Part shown: positions 62,134 to 64,000 of the stretch, piece after piece
How positions within the stretch are numbered: the first letter of the stretch is position 1
Layout: each line of letters starts with the position of its first letter
Assembly: GCA_038087875.1 (NCBI GenBank)
Contig: CM075977.1
Span: forward strand, 153,822,001 to 153,886,000
Direction of reading: 5' to 3'
Source: Malacoraja senta
Lineage: Eukaryota
Length of the DNA stretch: 64,000 bases
Notes under the pieces: generated by a model
Told to the model about the DNA's origin: nothing
The model's database searches: none
Seen by the model: the letters and a program-made list of their open reading frames with translations, nothing else
Made by a program: the position numbers and the translations under genes

Positions 62134-62802
62134 TGGTACAGCAGGCAGTGAAGAAAGCGAATGGCATGTTGGCCTTCATAACAAGAGGAGTTGAGTATAG
62201 GAGCAAAGAATCCTTCTGCACTTGTACAGGGCCCTGGTGAGACCACACCTGGGGTATTGTGTGTAGTTTTGGTCCCCTAATTTGAGGAAGGACATTCTTG
62301 CTATTGAGGGAGTACAGCGTAGGTTCACAAGGTTAATTCCCGGGATGGCGGGACTGTCATATGCTGAGAGCATGGAGCGGCTGGGCTTGTATACTCTGGA
62401 ATTTAGAAAGATGAGAGGGAATCTTATTGAAATATATACGATTATTAAGGGTTTGGACACACTAGAGGCAGGAAATATGTTCCCGATGTTGGGGGAGTCC
62501 AGAGCCAGGGGCCACAGTTTAAGAATAAGGGGTAAGCCATTTAGAACGGAGATGAGGAAATACTTTTTCACACAGTTTGTGAGCTTGTGGAATTCTCTGC
62601 CTCAGAGGGAGGTGGAGGCCGGTTCTCTGGATACTTTCAAGAGAGAGCTTGATAGGGGTCTTAAAGATAGCGGAGTCAGGGGATATGGAGAGAAGGCAGG
62701 AACCGGTTACTGATTGTGGATGATCAGCCATGATCACATTGAATGACGGCGCTGGCTCGAAGGGCCGAATGGCCTACTCCTGCACCTATTGTCTATTGTC
62801 TA
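62134..62802 (+). mobile_element. CR1 3' fragment
   Basis: RKDILAIEGVQRRFTRLIPG...WNSLP and a (CTATTGT)n tail. Confidence 0.9.
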
Positions 62803-63966
62803 AAACTCCATTGGAAACTCACTTCCTTCCAAAGTGACAGAGCTGGGACACAGAAATTCGTCCAGATCGCAGTTCATACATTTATGCATGATTTGAATGG
62901 TCACTTCTGATAGCCTGTTAGAGCACTTATGCATGTGCATGTGTGAAGTCTTAACAGGGTAAATTTGGAGAGGATTTCTGCATGAGTCTGAGTGCTGCTT
63001 TTATAAATTTACCCCATATTATTTTTCATTAATTTAAGCCATGAGACTTCAGGATGAGACTCATTCACTGGTGACCTTTCATTGTAACAGATTTAACTAT
63101 CAAAAAATCAGTAGTCTGACAGCATGTCATGGCAACTGTGCGTCTCTGTTGTGTGCTCACATAATCCTCTTCTTTCAGTTTCTCTGCTAGCATACTCTCC
63201 CTGCCCCACCTCATTCACCTCACCTTGCAGTAGAACCGCAGGGAAAAGGTGTCCTCCTGTGGGTGAGGTTGTGATGCGAACAGCTGGCAATGGATAAGAA
63301 TATTTTTTTCTCCTGAAAGTACTTCAACACCCCACCCTGCAATGCATATACCAGAAACCTATCTTAGGCATTCCAAAGGTACTCTCTACAAGGTTCCTGG
63401 TTGACTTCATTGAAACGTTATTTCTGCAGCATGGCTTTGAATTATAGAGCAAATAAGAAGGGGATGGTTCTCTTCTCTCACAAAATGGACATTAATATAA
63501 CTTGGTGGATGAAACATGGTAACTCTGAGAATAACGGGGACCCCAATCTCCCCAGGTACAAAACATTGACCCTGAGACATATATATTCATGATTGCGCAA
63601 AGGTCATATCTTCAGGGAATGATAGCCTTTACTATTCATATCAATCTCCGGGACCCCGCAGGGTTATGGTGAGGGTACTTTACCATTGCCTGAACTTTGG
63701 GGTAGACTGTCATTGTCACAAATCTACATAGCTGCTCAGCCTGCTGGCCTCCACTCACTGAGTGACCTTCCTGACACAGCAGAGTACAGTGGACTAGATT
63801 ACATGATATAATGCAGCCACCATGGGCTGGACTAATCTAGAGGCTAGAAGCTCCAAGTGACCGTGACTTTGGTCTAGTCGGGTAGAGCAGTCCAGGCACA
63901 GTTGTATTTCTGGAACTCCAGTTGCAAAAATACACAAACTTCCACCACTTCCTCTTGCCCACCCAA

Positions 63967-64000
63967 GAGAAACATAGAAACATAGAAACATAGAAATTAG
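63967..64000 (-). repeat. (CATAGAAA)n CR1 tail microsatellite at the window end
   Basis: Reverse complement of the (TTTCTATG)n CR1 tail. Confidence 0.7.

Overview
Repeat-dense vertebrate genomic DNA. The repeat repertoire (HE1-type V-SINEs, CR1, Rex1/Babar, Penelope) points to a cartilaginous fish, probably a skate or ray; this is inferred, not shown. Most of the recognisable sequence is retroelement-derived: CR1, L2, Rex1/Babar, L1, Penelope-like (GIY-YIG), a DIRS1-type tyrosine-recombinase element, a Vingi-type LINE, SINEs and Harbinger-type MITEs. There is one 200-N gap and possibly three 3' exons of an unidentified minus-strand host gene. The main finding is a ribozyme-retroelement system. 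A near-intact Vingi-type LINE (38781-41920) starts exactly with a complete HDV-like double-pseudoknot ribozyme fold whose core matches the mammalian CPEB3 ribozyme as I recall it. About 1.5 kb downstream, a 138-bp TSD-flanked SINE (43416-43553) consists of a 54-nt minimal version of the same fold, with covarying stems, plus a Vingi-like tail. Minimal hammerhead motifs also occur in the Penelope terminal repeats. All ribozyme calls are from manual base-pairing; none is experimentally tested.
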